The position numbers were made by a program, and so were the translations under genes. 64,000 bases of DNA from Thermoplasmatota archaeon. GTDB taxonomy: Archaea > Thermoplasmatota > Thermoplasmata > Thermoplasmatales > Thermoplasmataceae. How positions within the stretch are numbered: position 1 is the first letter of the stretch; every line of letters begins with the position of its first letter. The DNA is taken from the NCBI GenBank assembly GCA_023484805.1, contig JAMDAM010000009.1, positions 3,561-67,560 on the forward strand, in the 5' to 3' direction. Below the pieces are notes generated by a model. It searched no databases. It worked only from the letters and a program-made list of their open reading frames with translations, and was not told the origin of the DNA. Positions 21,627 through 32,268 of the stretch are shown one piece after another.

Positions 21627-22298
21627 TTAAAGTGGAAATTCCCCGTCAGGGGATACTTTTTTCCAATCGTCAAGAAATCTTTTCAGTCCCTCGTCCGTCT
21701 TTGGATGCGAAGGGAGTTTTTGGAGAACGTCCATTGGAAGAGTCACCACATCCGCGCCAAGAACAGCGGAACGCAAAACATGGACCGGGTTTCTTATGGA
21801 TGCGACCAGGATCTTTGTTGAAATATCATAGTTCACAAAAATTGTCTTTATCTGCTGTATTATTGCCATCCCATCTTCGCCGATGTCATCCAGCCTTCCG
21901 ACAAACGGTGAGACATATTCTGCGCCACTCTTTGCGGCCAGGAGTGCCTGAATCGGGTTGAAGATCAGAGTACAGTTAACCTTTATCTGCTTTTCACTGA
22001 GAGTCTTAATCGCCCGGAGTCCATCCAGAGTCATTGGAATTTTCACGACCGCGTTGTCTCCAAGAGCAGCAATTTTTAGGCCCTGTTTTACCATATTCTC
22101 GTAATCCGTAGCAACAACCTCGATGCTGACTGGGCCGGGAGTGATCCTGAGTATCTCCTTCACTATGTCCACGAATCCCCTTTCCTTCGTTGCACTTTTT
22201 GCCACGAGAGATGGGTTCGTCGTAACGCCGTCCAGAAGACCGTAGCCTATTGCCTGTTTTATCTCTTCTACATTTGCAGTATCAAGGAATATTTTCAT
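21627..22298 (-). CDS. tal: Transaldolase (FSA/TalC type)
   Basis: [32 protein letters not shown]; adjacent to transketolase. Confidence 0.93.
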   Translation of the reverse strand: MKIFLDTANVEEIKQAIGYGLLDGVTTNPSLVAKSATKERGFVDIVKEILRITPGPVSIEVVATDYENMVKQGLKIAALGDNAVVKIPMTLDGLRAIKTLSEKQIKVNCTLIFNPIQALLAAKSGAEYVSPFVGRLDDIGEDGMAIIQQIKTIFVNYDISTKILVASIRNPVHVLRSAVLGADVVTLPMDVLQKLPSHPKTDEGLKRFLDDWKKVSPDGEFPL

Positions 22299-23235
22299 AC
22301 TTCTCCACCCTGAAGCATTCTTCAGAAGCTTTCGCTATATCGTCTGCTGTCATATGAAAGTAATCGAACAACTCCCATGCCTTTCCTGATTTCCCGAAAT
22401 TGTCCTTCATGCCCACGCGCCTCAGCGGAACCGGATAACTTTCGGATATGATCTCGGCCACCCTGCTTCCAAGCCCGTTGTATATGGAGTGCTCCTCCGC
22501 TGTCACCACCCTACCGGTCTCCCTGGCTGCCTTGATTACCAAATCCCTATCTATGGGCTTTATTGAGGACATATTTATCACACGTGCATCTATGCCCTTT
22601 GCCTTGAGTATGTCGGCGGCCTTCAAGGAAAAGTTTATCATCGCGCCATAAGCAAGAATGGTTATGTCGCTCCCATCCTTCAAGGTAACCCCCTTTCCGA
22701 GCCTGAATTCATAACCCCGATCATTGACAACCTCGAATTTCTCCCTTGATAGCCGAACATAAAACGGAGTCTTTGTCTTCTCAAACAGGTAATGTATCAC
22801 GCTTGCAGTTTCTATGGAATCTCCAGGCACAACAACGTGCATGTTTGGGAGGCCCGACATGATACCCACGTCCTCCACTATCTGGTGAGTAGCGCCATCT
22901 TCTCCAACAGTCAGCCCAGCGTGGGTAACAACGAACTTGACGTCCAGGTTGTTATAGCATACTGACTGCCTCAGCTGTTCATAGGTACGAGTGAGGAACA
23001 CAGCAAAGGTCGATGCAAATACCTTTTTACCTGATAGGGCGAGGCCAGCTGCCGTCGTAACCATTGACTGCTCCGAAATTCCCATGTTGAAGAATCTGTC
23101 AGGAAATGCCTTTCCAAATACAGATGTCCTAGTGGAAGACGATAGATCGGCATCCAGAACTACCAGATCATCGTGGGCTTTCCCCAGTTCCACAAGAGTA
23201 TTACCGTACGCATCCCTCAGGCTTTCGGCTGTCAT
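22282..23235 (-). CDS. Transketolase, C-terminal subunit
   Basis: [27 protein letters not shown]. Confidence 0.93.
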   Translation of the reverse strand: MTAESLRDAYGNTLVELGKAHDDLVVLDADLSSSTRTSVFGKAFPDRFFNMGISEQSMVTTAAGLALSGKKVFASTFAVFLTRTYEQLRQSVCYNNLDVKFVVTHAGLTVGEDGATHQIVEDVGIMSGLPNMHVVVPGDSIETASVIHYLFEKTKTPFYVRLSREKFEVVNDRGYEFRLGKGVTLKDGSDITILAYGAMINFSLKAADILKAKGIDARVINMSSIKPIDRDLVIKAARETGRVVTAEEHSIYNGLGSRVAEIISESYPVPLRRVGMKDNFGKSGKAWELFDYFHMTADDIAKASEECFRVEKYENIP

Positions 23236-24062
23236 TGAATCAACTCCATATCAAGTTCAGAAATAGCCTTCTCATATTCTTCCCTGGAAGCGGGCGGGGA
23301 ACCATGGTATTTCGCAGTGTTCTCCATGTAGCTGACTCCCTTTCCCTTCACAGTATTGGCAATGATGAATGTTGGACCCCCGGTAGACGATTTTGCCCTT
23401 TCGATTGCCGAAACTATCTCATCATAATTATGACCGTTAATCTCTATCACGTTCCATCCAAAGCTTTCAGCCTTTGCCCTTATGTTCCCCATGGGCATGA
23501 TGTCGTCAGTGAACCCGTCCAGTTGAACCCGGTTCCTGTCCAGTATAGCTATGAGATGGCTGAGTTTGTACTTTGATCCTGCCATCATGGATTCCCATAC
23601 ATTTCCCTCTTCTATTTCGCCATCCCCAAGAATGACATATACATGATAATCTCTGCGATCCAGCTTGCCTGCGAGAGCCATTCCGACACCGATGCCGAGA
23701 CCCTGCCCCAGGGACCCGGTTGAGGTTTCAACACCGGGAACGCCCCGATGTACGTGCCCTTCCAGTTTGGAACTGAGCTTTCGGAATCCGGAAAGAAGCG
23801 AGGTCGGGAAAAATCCACGCTCCGCAAGCGTTGCGTAAAGTCCGGGGGAAGCGTGTCCCTTGCTCATGACCAGCCTGTCTCTTCCCGGATCATCCGGTTC
23901 TTCTGGGTCAATGTTCATCTCCTTGAAATACAGTACAGTCAGGATATCAGTTATGCTCAGCGATCCTCCTGGATGGCCGCTGTTCGCGCCATAAACCATT
24001 TCAATGATATCGTGCCTTATCTTGTTCGCGATTTTCTTGAGATCCACATTACTATAATCCAT
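23232..24062 (-). CDS. Transketolase, N-terminal (TPP-binding) subunit
   Basis: SGHPGGSLS, SKGHA, TGSLGQG, GDGE..EG..WE. Confidence 0.95.
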   Translation of the reverse strand: MDYSNVDLKKIANKIRHDIIEMVYGANSGHPGGSLSITDILTVLYFKEMNIDPEEPDDPGRDRLVMSKGHASPGLYATLAERGFFPTSLLSGFRKLSSKLEGHVHRGVPGVETSTGSLGQGLGIGVGMALAGKLDRRDYHVYVILGDGEIEEGNVWESMMAGSKYKLSHLIAILDRNRVQLDGFTDDIMPMGNIRAKAESFGWNVIEINGHNYDEIVSAIERAKSSTGGPTFIIANTVKGKGVSYMENTAKYHGSPPASREEYEKAISELDMELIQ

Positions 24063-24198
24063 AACTTCTGCCCCTTTTGTATAATAGTAGAATTGAAAAA
24101 TTATACATCTGCATACTCGTATTCAAAGCTCGGTTAAAAAAGTTTTTTCAATGAAGCCATAACAAACAATTGCTTGAATGGTTTTTCTTGCTACGAGG

Positions 24199-25290
24199 CT
24201 ACCTGACTATATCTATGCCGCTGTCCCCTTCTTTTCCGCTTCCGCCAAGTAATTCGTTTATAACTTCAGAGGACACTCCGGTAACAACAAGCATGACCTG
24301 CACCTTTGATTCAAGCGAAGGGTCTATATTTATGCCCAGAATGATCTTTGTCGACTTATTAGAAACAGCCTTGATCATCTCGGATGCTATGCTTGCCTCC
24401 TGTATCTGCAGGTCCTTTCCGCCGGTTATGTTTATTATCACCCCAGAAGCTGTGGAAAGGTCCGCCTTTATGAAGGGAAAATCAAGTGCGTTCTGGATGG
24501 CACTCCTCACTCTCGCACCGGGATCGCCGTTTCCAATCCCTATGCCGATCATCGCCATTCCAGAATTCTTCAGTATTGATTTCAGGTCATTGAAATCCAG
24601 GTTGATGAGACCGGGTTTAGTGATCAATTCCGCTATGCCTTTTATGGCACGCACAATTATTTCATCTGCGTACCTGAATGCTTTCTGAAGGGAGAGCTTA
24701 GGTACAAGCTCGAGAAGTTTGTCATTGGGAATAACTATGGTGGTGTCCGAATAATTGATGACCTTTCTGAGACCCCACCTGGCATTTTGCATTCTGCCGC
24801 TCCCCTCTGACCTGAAGGGAAGCGTCACTATGGATATTGATACCGCTCCGAGGCTCTTGGCAATCTTTGCTATGTGAGGCGCAGAACCGGTTCCTGTTCC
24901 CCCTCCCAAGCCGGCGGTTATAAACACGAGGTCGGAACCCTTGAGGCGACGGATAATCTCCCCCTCCGATTCCTTGGAGGCTTCCTCTCCTACAAGGGGG
25001 TTAGCTCCGCTCCCAAGTCCCCGCGTAAGGTTTTCCCCAAGAAGAACTTTACCATTCGCCTTGGTCCGCAGCAGGTGCTGTGCGTCGGTATTGCACGCAA
25101 TGAGTTCAACGCCTGGAATTCTCTCGCGGGCAAGTCTGGTGATTGTGTTTGAACCCGCTCCACCGGTCCCGAATATCTTGATTTTAGGGCTCCTCTTTTC
25201 AATGATCTGCATTAGCTCTTCGTCCGATGTAAGCGACGTATCGGATTCATCAGTGTTGATTTCGGAGTATGTATCCTGAGAATGAACCAC
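24199..25290 (-). CDS. ftsZ: Cell division protein FtsZ
   Basis: GGAGSN, NTDAQHL, GGGTGTG, T7 loop NLDFND. Confidence 0.97.
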   Translation of the reverse strand: MVHSQDTYSEINTDESDTSLTSDEELMQIIEKRSPKIKIFGTGGAGSNTITRLARERIPGVELIACNTDAQHLLRTKANGKVLLGENLTRGLGSGANPLVGEEASKESEGEIIRRLKGSDLVFITAGLGGGTGTGSAPHIAKIAKSLGAVSISIVTLPFRSEGSGRMQNARWGLRKVINYSDTTIVIPNDKLLELVPKLSLQKAFRYADEIIVRAIKGIAELITKPGLINLDFNDLKSILKNSGMAMIGIGIGNGDPGARVRSAIQNALDFPFIKADLSTASGVIINITGGKDLQIQEASIASEMIKAVSNKSTKIILGINIDPSLESKVQVMLVVTGVSSEVINELLGGSGKEGDSGIDIVR

Positions 25291-25385
25291 GGATCAAGTT
25301 AAGCTTTCTTACTCTATTAATTTTTCATTTTCATGTTGAGGAGACAAAAGTTTATCGACCCTGTGCATTTGCATAATCACGTAAC

Positions 25386-26363
25386 ATGAAGCGATTCACC
25401 GGTATAATGCGAAATACGAGAGAAGACAGGGCAGTGGCAGAAATAATTGGCACCATACTTGTTTTTGCCATCGTTGTCAGTGTTTTTACTGCTTTTGTCG
25501 CCTGGTATGTTCCCACCACCGGAACCGCAAATGAACAAGCTTACCAGAATTCAGCTTTAACGGCCTTTTCTGAACTCGCATCAAAGCTATCCGGCGACAC
25601 GGTACAGAATGGAAGCACCATAGTCCAGGATATTCCCCTGGGAATTGCTGGAGTTCCACCGTTCCAGCCCTCGACATCAACCCAGGTCTCTTCCGATCCA
25701 ACTTCCTCGGTTTTCAACTTCAGCTTGAGTTTCAACCTGACTCTTGGTTACACAATAACTGGAAATATTGCCAGGAGCACCAACGCAAGTGTTAACCTTA
25801 CCGGGAAGGGATATCTCATGGAATTTGGGCTGACAAACTTTGTTTCTCCGGAGTCCTTCATGATCCAGGATGGTGACCTGGTTACAAGCTACGGGCTGCC
25901 GGGACAATCTGCCTCATATGGACCGATGCCTGTCTTCATCAGCAACAACTCAAGCAAGCCTGCGCTAAAAACCTCTGCAATATCTGTTTCCGGTTATCCC
26001 GTTACGCTATCACAGGTCGGGTCGGTGGTAGTTACAATGGCTGTATCGAATTACAGTGCGTTTTCCTACAGTGTTGGCCATCAGTACCTCATAGGTGGAA
26101 ACCTTTCAGTTGTGGACAGCATAAACGTATTTGATTACCATTACTATGTCCGAACGCCATATTCTTCCCAGTGGAATTATTCTCTGTATAGCTCACTTAA
26201 CAGCAGCGTTTCCGCCTTCAACCCCCATCCCGCTGGAACAGCGTGGAAGGACGGAAATTTCACAGTGACTGTTGGAAGCGGTTCGATCAGCATCTTTGAA
26301 AAGAAGGCATCTGTCTCATCAATCCAGTTTCAGTCTTACGTAGTAAGGATTATTGGTACCTGA
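25386..26363 (+). CDS. Archaeal type IV pilin-like protein (class III signal peptide)
   Basis: EDRA/VAEIIGTILVFAIVV N-terminus followed by an S/N/T-rich domain. Confidence 0.8.
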   Translation: MKRFTGIMRNTREDRAVAEIIGTILVFAIVVSVFTAFVAWYVPTTGTANEQAYQNSALTAFSELASKLSGDTVQNGSTIVQDIPLGIAGVPPFQPSTSTQVSSDPTSSVFNFSLSFNLTLGYTITGNIARSTNASVNLTGKGYLMEFGLTNFVSPESFMIQDGDLVTSYGLPGQSASYGPMPVFISNNSSKPALKTSAISVSGYPVTLSQVGSVVVTMAVSNYSAFSYSVGHQYLIGGNLSVVDSINVFDYHYYVRTPYSSQWNYSLYSSLNSSVSAFNPHPAGTAWKDGNFTVTVGSGSISIFEKKASVSSIQFQSYVVRIIGT

Positions 26364-26416
26364 TCCCACAGATAGGAAAAGTATTTCAATTTCCGACCGT
26401 TATAATTTTGGTTTTA

Positions 26417-28024
26417 ATGGATGGGAATGAATTTAGCCTAACAATTGGTAATCTGCTGGAGACTGCTGCTGACAATAGCCCGAATCAGATAATATCGTAC
26501 AAGGGCAAGGAGAATTATACATATAGAAAATTCTATGAGAGGGTAAACTCACTGGCAAGGGCACTCGTGGAACTTGGTGTGAGGAAAGGTGACCGGATCG
26601 GGTTCATAGACTGGGATACAAACAGGTTCATGGAGGCCTATTACGCCGTTCCAATGTCCGGGGCAACATTGCATACTGTGAACATAAGATATACACCTGA
26701 ACTCATATTCTATACAATGCAGCATGCAGAGGACAAGGTGGTTTTTGTCCGAGACGAATTCCTGCCGATACTGGAAAGAGCTGCCGAAGCCTTCGATTTT
26801 GTCGAAAAATGGGTCATTTATTCCGAATCTGGGAAATTCAAGACAATCCTGCCTAATTCGTACAATTATGATGACCTTATCAATGGGAAGCATAATGCAC
26901 AGCTCCCGCCTGCAGACGAAAATGACGTGGCCACCACTTTCTATACATCTGGCACGACCGGGCTTCCCAAGGGCGTATCTTTCACGCAAAGGCAGTTGAT
27001 TCTTCATACGCTCGGTGCTGCTGCTTCACTGTCAAACCAGCCAGTCAACCTAGGAAGCACCGATGTTATGATGCCCCTGGTTCCCATGTTTCATGTCCAC
27101 TCGTGGGGGGTACCCTATATAGCACTCATGAAGGGCATGAAATACGTTCTTCCTGGAAAATACGACGTGCTGGAAATACTGAAGACAATAAAGTCACAGG
27201 GAGTCACAGTTTCCTTGATGGTGCCAACCATTCTCTACATGCTTGTATCACATCCGGAAGCCAGGAACTACCTGGAGGGAGCGAACCTTAGGGTCGTGAT
27301 AGGGGGCTCCGCACTTCCAAGAGGGTTGGCTGAGAAAGCCCGGCAACTCGGCATACAGACCACCACAGGCTATGGAATGTCCGAGACCTGCCCCATACTT
27401 ACCATATCTACCTTCACCTCTGAGGTCCAGAAGCTGCCGGAAGCTGAACAATTTGATTACAGGCTTAAGGCTGGAGTTCCCATCGGCATGGTTAACCTGA
27501 AAGTAGTCGATAAGACTGGAAAGAGCGTTCCCAAAGATGGAAAGACCATCGGGGAGATTATCGCCAAGGCACCATGGCTTACCAATGGATACGTGAAGGA
27601 TGAGGAGAACACAAAAAAACTCTGGAAGGACGGATGGATGCATACGGGAGATCTTGGAACCCTTGACCAGAGAGGATATCTCAGTGTTGTGGACAGGGAA
27701 AAGGATGCCGTGAAATCTGGAGGGGAATTCATACCTACCCTGATCATAGAGGATGCCATTAGCACATGCAAGGGTGTCAGGGAAGTGGCGGTAATTGGAA
27801 AGGCACATCCCAAGTGGGGAGAAAGGCCGGTTGCATACGTTTCCTCCGAACCCGATCTTAAGGGAAGCGATATCAACAAACACCTCGAGATGCTTGTTGA
27901 GTCCGGCAAGATAGCCAAGTTCTGGATCCCTGATGAATACATCTTTGTAAAGGAATTTGCCAAAACCAGCACAGGGAAGATTGACAAGAAAGTCCTGAGG
28001 GAAATGCTCTCCTCGTCTCAGTGA
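26417..28024 (+). CDS. Long/medium-chain fatty-acid--CoA ligase
   Basis: YTSGTTGLPKG, GYGMSET, HTGD, DR.KD..KSGGE, GKIDK. Confidence 0.93.
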   Translation: MDGNEFSLTIGNLLETAADNSPNQIISYKGKENYTYRKFYERVNSLARALVELGVRKGDRIGFIDWDTNRFMEAYYAVPMSGATLHTVNIRYTPELIFYTMQHAEDKVVFVRDEFLPILERAAEAFDFVEKWVIYSESGKFKTILPNSYNYDDLINGKHNAQLPPADENDVATTFYTSGTTGLPKGVSFTQRQLILHTLGAAASLSNQPVNLGSTDVMMPLVPMFHVHSWGVPYIALMKGMKYVLPGKYDVLEILKTIKSQGVTVSLMVPTILYMLVSHPEARNYLEGANLRVVIGGSALPRGLAEKARQLGIQTTTGYGMSETCPILTISTFTSEVQKLPEAEQFDYRLKAGVPIGMVNLKVVDKTGKSVPKDGKTIGEIIAKAPWLTNGYVKDEENTKKLWKDGWMHTGDLGTLDQRGYLSVVDREKDAVKSGGEFIPTLIIEDAISTCKGVREVAVIGKAHPKWGERPVAYVSSEPDLKGSDINKHLEMLVESGKIAKFWIPDEYIFVKEFAKTSTGKIDKKVLREMLSSSQ

Positions 28025-28084
28025 GAGTATTATACAATCCCCACACTTTTTTGCTATAAAAATATTTATAACCTAAGGTGATGA

Positions 28085-29317
28085 TTGGCTGTGATCCTTT
28101 TCTATGTCAATATGGCATTTATCGGCCTTGCCGTGATTTCCATTATATATTATCTTGTTAATAGTTATCATTCGATAAATTACAGGCAGCCTACGGGGAC
28201 AAATCCTGTCAACCCCGATAGCGTTACTGCCCTCATACCCGTGTACAATGAGGATCCAGAGATCTTTGCCAGAGTCATATCAGCGGTGAAGAAACAGGGG
28301 ATAAAATTTGTGGTAGTCGGAGACTCCTCATTTGACCCTTACAGAAAGATCACTGATGAAAATGGCGGGACCTTTATCTACCTCCCGAAACATGGTGGAA
28401 AGAGGAAAGCTGTTTCGGAAGGCATAAGAGAAATAACAACCGATTTTGTATTGCTAGTAGATAGTGATACAATTATACCTGCAAATACCGTAAGCAGCAT
28501 GCTGTCTAAATTTGACCCGGATGTCGGTGGAATTGGTGCTAACCTGTCGGTCAGCAGGGACGGTAACTGGATTTCATACAGTGCTGAATTCGTGGAACGA
28601 TCAAGAGAGGTACTGTTCAGGTCCCTTTCCTCCCACGGCAGTGTAATGCTTCTGGATGGAGCCTGCGCCATGTACAGGACTTCCCTGGTCAAACCCTTCA
28701 TCCTCTCCCGAGAATATACCGATCATCGCGTTTTCGGCAAAAAAAGCCAGTTGGGGGACGACAGGCAGCTTACCGGATTCATAATAAGATCGGACTACAG
28801 GGCCATCAAGGATTTTGACGTTGCAGTAGAGGTAACGGCACCAAAAACAGTAGGAAAGCTTGTAAGGCAGAACATAAGATGGGCCAGGTCAAACTGGGTC
28901 AATTTCTTCAGGGAACTGTTCAACGGGACCGCGAAGAAAGCCGGGAAGTTCTATACCTTCGACCTTTTGTACACATACATGCTTCCAATAATATTCCTTG
29001 GAATAGGTTCTGCTCAGGTATACCTGTTCTTTCATATAGATTACCACTTCCTCGTCCACCATCTCACGTATGTACCATCTCTTACTGCGCTCCTGTCCAG
29101 AATGACCGATGTTCGGGCCGTCTATTTCCTCCGGCTACTCCTGACGGCTGTTAACTACGTTTCTACCGCCGTATTTACACTTGCTATTGCGTTCCGGATC
29201 AACAGGGAGAGGCTTAAGACCCTTGCATACGGATCTATAGCGATGGCAGTAATGCTCACCACGACTATCTATGGCCTGCTTACAATATGGAAACAAAATG
29301 GTTGGATGACAAGATAA
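28085..29317 (+). CDS. Processive GT2 glycosyltransferase, hyaluronan/chitin synthase-like
   Basis: PVYNE, GKR, VDSD, GAC..YR, GDDRQLT, QNIRW; N- and C-terminal TM helices. Confidence 0.85.
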   Translation: MAVILFYVNMAFIGLAVISIIYYLVNSYHSINYRQPTGTNPVNPDSVTALIPVYNEDPEIFARVISAVKKQGIKFVVVGDSSFDPYRKITDENGGTFIYLPKHGGKRKAVSEGIREITTDFVLLVDSDTIIPANTVSSMLSKFDPDVGGIGANLSVSRDGNWISYSAEFVERSREVLFRSLSSHGSVMLLDGACAMYRTSLVKPFILSREYTDHRVFGKKSQLGDDRQLTGFIIRSDYRAIKDFDVAVEVTAPKTVGKLVRQNIRWARSNWVNFFRELFNGTAKKAGKFYTFDLLYTYMLPIIFLGIGSAQVYLFFHIDYHFLVHHLTYVPSLTALLSRMTDVRAVYFLRLLLTAVNYVSTAVFTLAIAFRINRERLKTLAYGSIAMAVMLTTTIYGLLTIWKQNGWMTR

Positions 29318-29328
29318 GCCAACCCGAT

Positions 29329-30315
29329 TTATGATGGGTTGTAAACCATTTTTACCTCTTTGACTGCGAAATCGATGTTCGGGAATTTCTCCTTCACCTC
29401 ACGCATTATTTTTGTCATGCGCATCACGAAGAGTTCTCCCGCGAAGAAATGTATGTTCAGTATTCCAGCCGACCATTCAGACCATCTTCTCAGGTAGAAC
29501 AGGTGCTCGTCTATCATAAGCTGGCTGATGTAACTGGACAGCTTGTCACCGAAGAATGCACGGTAAATCTTGTAATTTTTCATTGTGGTTATATACTTGC
29601 TTTCCGCAGTGCCTATGAAGGTTGTATCGGTGATGATTTCAGGGGTTTTGCTCCCGCTGTAAATTGCATAAACATAATCCTCCAGGTTGTTAACATGAGG
29701 AAGCTTGGACTCGCGTTTCCAGTTGGTTGAATGATCGCTGTAAGCAAGTATTCCTCCCATGGATTCTGCATGCTGGACTTCTATCACGATCTCATATACG
29801 CTCTGCCTCAGGTGAAGTACGCGGAGCATTGAGAGAAAACCATTGGACTTGCCAAGGTATTCCGCATAAAGATCTATATTTGACTGGCCCGAATCTGCCT
29901 TAGACAGCAGGATGTCAGAAATCATTTTCCTCTGTGAGCTTATAAATCTGAATGGCTGTACGTATACGCCATTTTCGATCAAACCTGGGTCGAAAACAAT
30001 GCTCTCCACCTCCTTCAGAAGTGATGTGTACTGGGAAAGCAGGTCAAGATTCTTGATATCAGATATCTCCCACGTTTCATTATTCAATTCTGCTCCATTG
30101 GCCTTCAGAGCAGCGATTACCTGATTCTGGTTTTCCTTGGGGATCCTCTGCTCAGGCATAAAGACCTTTATAGTTATCTTGTTGTCCGGAGTGGCAAATG
30201 GAACAACCACAAGGCTGAGGCCGTATTTTCTGCTGAGCTCGCTTGCACTGTCATTGAAAACCCCCTTCATGTATAGCTGTGAATCAAACACTTCGTCAAC
30301 ATCTTCAATTTCCAT
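29329..30315 (-). CDS. Hypothetical protein
   Basis: 328-aa ORF filling the interval; no recognised motif. Confidence 0.7.
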   Translation of the reverse strand: MEIEDVDEVFDSQLYMKGVFNDSASELSRKYGLSLVVVPFATPDNKITIKVFMPEQRIPKENQNQVIAALKANGAELNNETWEISDIKNLDLLSQYTSLLKEVESIVFDPGLIENGVYVQPFRFISSQRKMISDILLSKADSGQSNIDLYAEYLGKSNGFLSMLRVLHLRQSVYEIVIEVQHAESMGGILAYSDHSTNWKRESKLPHVNNLEDYVYAIYSGSKTPEIITDTTFIGTAESKYITTMKNYKIYRAFFGDKLSSYISQLMIDEHLFYLRRWSEWSAGILNIHFFAGELFVMRMTKIMREVKEKFPNIDFAVKEVKMVYNPS

Positions 30316-30504
30316 TTTTATCAGCTAAATGATGTTCTGACATGATTATAATGTTTTGCTTGTCGGCATGACTGCAACTCTTTACAGTGGCCCATCTGGT
30401 TGAACGCCAAAATCAGGTTTTGCGTGACCGCTATTTTCTGACACATGTTATCCTGTGGAGATGGATTCAAAATTAGGCGATGTGCTGCAACCAGGTGTTT
30501 AAAA

Positions 30505-30660
30505 GTGACCTACTCTCACAGCTTTCCCTGGAAACTTCCCACTTCAAAGATTGCCGTAGGAATATTCATGGGCTTGAATTCCCCTCGGCCCGAAGGTTCT
30601 CTGTCCCTCATGCCAAGCCACCTGACTTTACGGCTGCAGGCACGCATGAATCAATGCATG
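30505..30660 (-). mobile_element. Degraded IS200/IS605 tnpB 3' end / right end
   Basis: Minus strand reads WLGMRDREPSGRGEFKPMN...EVGS (TnpB tail-like) and ends TGAAGTGGGAAG...GAGTAGGTCAC, resembling IS605 right ends. Confidence 0.5.
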
Positions 30661-30903
30661 ATCCAACCCGTTTCACTTCTGTCTGCTGGCAGACAGTGAA
30701 CTAAGTTGAGAGAAATAATAGAGTTCTGCTTGCTTTCATCTCCTATCTTGCAAAATGGGGATCCGCTCCCGCAACCTTTAAAAGTCCTATGCCAGATTCC
30801 ATTTGGAATTAGGGTTTGCAGAACCAGCGTTCCCTCTTTCTATCCAGACGCATTTTTTTCTGCCCAATGAAAAATATTTAAGCTGACACAGCAATAATCA
30901 TTC

Positions 30904-32268
30904 ATGCCTGTCTCTCCAATAGAATACCGTTACGGAAGGAACGAAATAAAGTCCATATTCACAGATGAGTCTAGATTACGCTATATGCTCCGTGTTGAAA
31001 GCGCACTTGCCTACGGTGAGTGGAAAAACGGACTTATTCCAGAAAAGGCGTACAGGGATATCTCTGACGCTGTTTCCAGCGGCAGGGTGAAGATCAGCAG
31101 GGTCAATGAAATTGAGAAAGAAACAAAACACGATGTGATGGCTATGATACGTGCGCTGACTGAGCAGTGCGACACAGGGGGAGCTTACGTTCACTATGGC
31201 GTAACGTCCAATGACATACTGGATACTGCAACGGCGTTGCAGCTGAAGGATTTCTATTCCTATCTGCTTTCTGATCTAACTGCCCTTCAGTCTGCCTTAA
31301 TGGAACTTGTTGTCAGGCACCGGGACACGGTCATGGTGGGGAGAACCCACGGTCAGCAGGCAAGCCCCATAACTTTTGGTTTGAAGATGTCTGTGTACCT
31401 GAACGAGGTTGGTCGCCACATAGAAAGAGCAATTGAGACCAGGAAGCGAGTCCTCGTGGGCAAGATTCTTGGACCGGTCGGAACCGGAGCTGCGCTTGGA
31501 GAAAAAGCGCTTCAGGTGCAGGAATCCGTGATGAAATTCCTCGAGATTGGTGCAGAGGATGGAGCAACGCAGGTTGTAGACCGGGACAGATATATAGAGT
31601 ATCTGCAGCTGATCTCTAACATTGCCACTTCACTTGAAAAGTTCACAACGGAGATCAGGAACCTACAGAGAAGTGAAATAGACGAGGTTTCTGAATATTT
31701 CGACAGCAAGAGCCAGGTTGGATCGAGTTCAATGCCCAGCAAGAGAAATCCCATAGAATCCGAAAACGTTTGCAGCCTGGCAAGGTTCATAAGATCGCTG
31801 GTGTACCCAGAATACGAAGCTGCAGTTACCTGGCATGAAAGGGACCTTACCAACAGCGCGCTTGAGAGGTTTACAATCCCTTATTCCAGCGTGCTAATTG
31901 ATTATATACTTGTAAAGACCACCAACATCTTCTCAAAGTTATCGGTAAATTCAGAAAGAATGCGATCTACTGCATTGTCCAATGAGCTGGCAATGTCGGA
32001 GAACATCGTGAAATTGCTTGTAACCAAAGGAATGCCCCGGCAGGAGGCACACGAGCTGGTCAGGTTATCCGCCATGGAGTCAATGGCATCCGGAAAAAGA
32101 TTATCGGAGACCATCTTGGGAAAGACAGAAATCCTGACACCAGATGAATTGCGTAACGCCATTAAGCCAGAAATGTTCATAGGCGTGGCAGGTGCTATCT
32201 GCGACAGGTCGGTCAGGTCAGCCAAGGAGATAATAAAATCACTGGAGGATGAAGTTTTTGCCCGGTGA
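30904..32268 (+). CDS. purB: Adenylosuccinate lyase
   Basis: HDVMA, GRTHGQ, GSSSMPSKRNP, ERDL. Confidence 0.96.
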   Translation: MPVSPIEYRYGRNEIKSIFTDESRLRYMLRVESALAYGEWKNGLIPEKAYRDISDAVSSGRVKISRVNEIEKETKHDVMAMIRALTEQCDTGGAYVHYGVTSNDILDTATALQLKDFYSYLLSDLTALQSALMELVVRHRDTVMVGRTHGQQASPITFGLKMSVYLNEVGRHIERAIETRKRVLVGKILGPVGTGAALGEKALQVQESVMKFLEIGAEDGATQVVDRDRYIEYLQLISNIATSLEKFTTEIRNLQRSEIDEVSEYFDSKSQVGSSSMPSKRNPIESENVCSLARFIRSLVYPEYEAAVTWHERDLTNSALERFTIPYSSVLIDYILVKTTNIFSKLSVNSERMRSTALSNELAMSENIVKLLVTKGMPRQEAHELVRLSAMESMASGKRLSETILGKTEILTPDELRNAIKPEMFIGVAGAICDRSVRSAKEIIKSLEDEVFAR

